Shown here in pieces: positions 37,401 through 41,867 of a stretch of DNA of 41,867 nt. The notes below the pieces were generated by a model. The model ran no database searches. It was not told the origin of the DNA and saw only the letters and a program-made list of their open reading frames with translations. This DNA is from Utricularia gibba (taxonomy: Eukaryota; Plantae; Magnoliophyta), in assembly GCA_002189035.1 (NCBI GenBank), contig NEEC01000048.1, forward strand, positions 1-41,867. Direction: 5' to 3'. Within the stretch, counting starts at the first letter, position 1. The number at the start of each line of letters is the position of its first letter. Position numbers and translations under genes: made by a program.

Positions 37401-40400
37401 TATGCTGCGGATCGAGCGTATATTTTTCACTCTCATATTTTTATTAGCCTTAGATCCTTAGGTATACTTTGGATCGAGTGCATATTCATTTATTTTAAAT
37501 CTTAATTAGCGTTCCACCGTTAGGAGCAATTTAGAACGTGTATACATTACAATGCCATGCCACACGGGCGTGGTTTACGCACAACCCACGCCCGTGTGCC
37601 CTTGCAATGTAAACACGCTCCACATTGCTCCTAAGGATCGAGCGTTAACACAAGTTTCAAGTAAACCATCTCCACTCGATCCGAATCATGTCTAAAGACC
37701 GAAAGCCAATAAAAATATTAAAATAAAAAATATACGCTCGATCCGCATCATATCTTAGAATCGAATGCAAATAGAATCGTTCAAATAAAAAATATACACT
37801 CGATTGGAATCTTAACCAAGGATCGAATGCTAATTAAAATGATTAAAATAAAAATGCACACTCCATCCAAAGTATAACTAAGGGTCGAATGCTAATAAAA
37901 TTAAAAACTAAGAAACTTTCACATGTAGTATATGCTTTAATAACTAACGTATTTACATTATTTATATTTTAATAAACATATATCACATGATTATAAAAAT
38001 ATTTTTTTTGTCATTGTAGAAAGCTCATCACGCCACGCACACCACCCTGGAGAGGTTTCAACAGCTGTTATGAACTCACAACCCCTTGCTCAGCAGATTC
38101 AGTAAAATTCTCTAACACTTGGGCTTCCAACGGATCATATCCCATATTCATTCATACGAAATTGTGCAAGAATAATGTGACTTTGAGTTTGAACTAGATA
38201 GTAGGACGCTGATCGAAGAATGGCCCATCGAGTCTCTAAAATTGGCCGTCCTCGCTCAACAAATGTGGGGTGCACGTGACATCCCAATTTCAACAAATGC
38301 ATCATGATTTTCGTCGAGTGGGCCCATGAGCCCGTCCGAACCCGGGGCCCGGGCCAAGGGCCCCTCGAGAGCGCCCGCCTCAATACGAGGAGGTGTTCCT
38401 TCAAAAACCATATACGCGTCTCGTCACAACCCAACGTTAATAAATGCATCACTTTTTTTGGCGCGCTACTGCTGACTTTGGGCCTGAGTTCGGCACGACC
38501 TCCGGCTCGATCAGGGTGCCCCCCGAGAGCTCCTCCTTAAGTATAAAGTGTGTTGTTGAAAAAAACCGTGTGCGGTTCTCGTGACATCCTAACTTCAACA
38601 AATGCATCACGATTTTCGTCGAGTCGGACGGGACCGGGCTCCCGGGGCCCGGACGAGGCGCAGCGCCCGCTCCCCTCCCCCCCAAAACTAGAAGGTGTTC
38701 CATGGAAAACCATTTAGGCGGCTCGTGACAACCCAAAGTTAATAAATGCATCACTTTCTTTGCCGGGCTACAATGACTTTACGCTCGAGCCTGGTACGAC
38801 GTATGGGAAGATTCGAGTGCCCCCCGAGAGCGTCTCCACAAGTATAAAGCGTGTTGTTGAAAAAACCGTGTTGGGTGCACGTGACATCCTAATTTCAACA
38901 AATGTGTCACGATTTTCGCCGAGTGGGACCAGAGTGGGCTCATCAGCCAGACCGAACCCGGGGCCCAAGCCAAGGGCCCCTCGAGAGCGCCCCCCACAAA
39001 ACTAGATGGTGTTCCACGAAAAAAAATTAGGCGGCTCGTGATAACCCAACGCTAAGAAATGCATCCCTTTTTTCGCCGGGCTAAAACTGACTTTGGGCTC
39101 ATGCCCGGCGCGACCCCCAGCCCGTGTGCATACGCAGCAGCACCACGAGGCCACATGGGCTTGGTTAATGCCCGCGTGCTCGAGCAGCAGCCACAAGGCC
39201 ATACGGCCGTGGAAAAAAAGAAAAACAACCATAAAATACAATAAGCCAAAAATAAAAATAAAATTGATAAACCCTTGGTTCGGTTCGGGCCCAATCAAAA
39301 CCCGTAGGGTTTAACCCGTTCGGGTTGAACAGAAAGACAACCCCATGGGTCATGCAAACTGTAATACCCAGAATTTCATCGGGTTGGGTCCGAACCTGAA
39401 TGGATCCAACCCAGGCCCATCTCTAATCATAATCATATGATATAGGTTTATTAAATTATAAATAATTGAAATACATTATTTATTAAACCGTAGGATAACT
39501 GTGAAAGCTTCTTTGACTTAATTATTACCATTTGATCCTCAGTTGTACTTTGGATGGAGTGTGTATTTTTACTTTAGTCAATTTAATTAGCATTCGATCC
39601 TTGGTTATGATTCAGATCATATTTGCTATTTTTTTACTTTAAATATTTTTATTATCATTCGATCCTTAAGTATAATGCGGATCGAGCGCGTATTTTTATT
39701 TTAATATTTTTTATTAGCATTCGAACGTTAGGTATGCTGCGGATCGAGCGTATATTTTTCACTCTCATATTTTTATTAGCCTTAGATCCTTAGGTATACT
39801 TTGGATCGAGTGCATATTCATTTATTTTAAATCTTAATTAGCGTTCCACCGTTAGGAGCAATTTAGAACGTGTATACATTACAATGCCATGCCACACGGG
39901 CGTGGTTTACGCACAACCCACGCCCGTGTGCCCTTGCAATGTAAACACGCTCCACATTGCTCCTAAGGATCGAGCGTTAACACAAGTTTCAAGTAAACCA
40001 TCTCCACTCGATCCGAATCATGTCTAAAGACCGAAAGCCAATAAAAATATTAAAATAAAAAATATACGCTCGATCCGCATCATATCTTAGAATCGAATGC
40101 AAATAGAATCGTTCAAATAAAAAATATACACTCGATTGGAATCTTAACCAAGGATCGAATGCTAATTAAAATGATTAAAATAAAAATGCACACTCCATCC
40201 AAAGTATAACTAAGGGTCGAATGCTAATAAAATTAAAAACTAAGAAACTTTCACATGTAGTATATGCTTTAATAACTAACGTATTTACATTATTTATATT
40301 TTAATAAACATATATCACATGATTATAAAAATATTTTTTTTGTCATTGTAGAAAGCTCATCACGCCACGCACACCACCCTGGAGAGGTTTCAACAGCTGT

Positions 40401-41757
40401 TATGAACTCACAACCCCTTGCTCAGCAGATTCAGTAAAATTCTAACACTTGGGCTTCCAACGGATCATATCCCATATTCATTCATACGAAATTGTGCAAG
40501 AATAATGTGACTTTGAGTTTGAACTAGATAGTAGGACGCTGATCGAAGAATGGCCCATCGAGTCTCTAAAATTGGCCGTCCTCGCTCAACAAATGTGGGG
40601 TGCACGTGACATCCCAATTTCAACAAATGCATCATGATTTTCGTCGAGTGGGCCCATGAGCCCGTCCGAACCCGGGGCCCGGGCCAAGGGCCCCTCGAGA
40701 GCGCCCGCCTCAATACGAGGAGGTGTTCCTTCAAAAACCATATACGCGTCTCGTCACAAACCCAACGTTAATAAATGCATCACTTTTTTGGCGCGCTACT
40801 GCTGACTTTGGGCCTGAGTTCGGCACGACCTCCGGCTCGATCAGGGTGCCCCCCCGAGAGCTCCTCCTTAAGTATAAAGTGTGTTGTTGAAAAAACCGTG
40901 TGCGGTTCTCGTGACATCCTAACTTCAACAAATGCATCACGATTTTCGTCGAGTCGGACGGGACCGGGCTCCCGGGGCCCGGACGAGGCGCAGCGCCCGC
41001 TCCCCTCCCCCCCCAAACTAGAAGGTGTTCCATGGAAAACCATTTAGGCGGCTCGTGACAACCCAAAGTTAATAAATGCATCACTTTCTTTGCCGGGCTA
41101 CAATGACTTTACGCTCGAGCCTGGTACGACGTATGGGAAGATTCGAGTGCCCCCGAGAGCGTCTCCACAAGTATAAAGCGTGTTGTTGAAAAAACCGTGT
41201 TGGGTGCACGTGACATCCTAATTTCAACAAATGTGTCACGATTTTCGCCGAGTGGGACCAGAGTGGGCTCATCAGCCAGACCGAACCCGGGCCCAAGCCA
41301 AGGGCCCCTCGAGAGCGCCCCCCACAAAACTAGATGGTGTTCCACGAAAAAAAATTAGGCGGCTCGTGATAACCAACGCTAAGAAATGCATCCCTTTTTT
41401 CGCCGGGCTAAAACTGACTTTGGGCTCATGCCCGGCGCGACCCCCAGCCCGTGTGCATACGCAGCAGCACCACGAGGCCACATGGGCTTGGTTAATGCCC
41501 GCGTGCTCGAGCAGCAGCCACAAGGCCATACGGCCGTGGAAAAAAGAAAAAAACAACCATAAAATACAATAAGCCAAAAATAAAAAATAAAATTGATAAA
41601 CCCTTGGTTCGGTTCGGGCCCAATCAAAACCCGTAGGGTTTAACCCGTTCGGGTTGAACAGAAAGACAACCCCATGGGTCATGCAAACTGTAATACCCAG
41701 AATTTCATCGGGTTGGGTCCGAACCTGAATGGATCCAACCCAGGCCCATCTCTAATC

Positions 41758-41867
41758 ATAATCATATGATATAGGTTTATTAAATTATAAATAATTGAAA
41801 TACATTATTTATTAAACCGTAGGATAACTGTGAAAGCTTCTTTGACTTAATTATTACCATTTGATCC
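41758..41867. repeat. Partial foldback (outer left arm), truncated by the window end
   Basis: Same sequence as the start of the foldback, from ATAATCATATG to CCATTTGATCC. Confidence 0.9.

Larger units (their letters stand above)
1..41867. repeat. Tandem array (macrosatellite) of a 2,336-bp unit, about 17.9 head-to-tail copies
   Basis: The same anchor (stop end of the recurring minus-strand ORF, TCATATCCC) recurs at 787, 3115, 5445, 7777, 10111, 12446, 14781, 17116, 19452, 21788, 24123, 26459, 28795, 31131, 33466, 35801, 38135 and 40465. Spacings are 2328-2336 bp, all copies have the same orientation, and no unique sequence interrupts the array. Confidence 0.99.

Noticed and set aside
787-41682. 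All ORFs in the six-frame track as genes
   Set aside because: They are short, overlap in several frames on both strands, lie within repeats, show no recognisable domain, and are opened or closed by homopolymer indels between copies.
1-41867. 5S/45S rRNA, tRNA or U snRNA gene array
   Set aside because: I recognised none of the conserved sequences of these RNAs on either strand by eye; an Infernal/Rfam scan would settle this.

Overview
The whole window is one head-to-tail tandem array of a 2,336-bp consensus unit (about 17.9 copies; it starts and ends inside a unit). I see no credible protein-coding gene, rRNA, tRNA, snRNA or CRISPR array, and all ORFs in the track are repeat-derived. Each unit has (i) a GC-rich block of about six diverged ~150-bp monomers alternating A/B (~300-306-bp dimers); (ii) a ~320-bp linker with a 50-bp duplication, short AACCC/GGGTT palindromes and an LTR-like TGTAATACCC; (iii) an AT-rich ~0.9-kb foldback whose arms are built of 62-bp subrepeats, each carrying TCGATCC-N13-GGATCGA, closed by a GC-rich central hairpin; and (iv) a ~240-bp unique linker. 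The inner repeats are old and diverged, but the 2.3-kb units are virtually identical. Nearly all between-unit differences are deletions concentrated at both window ends, which looks like long-read consensus error. The best reading is a very recently amplified composite macrosatellite, probably from a plant (inference), or a rolling-circle concatemer of a 2,336-bp circle. I cannot demonstrate a new biological system; the modular foldback is the most interesting unexplained structure.
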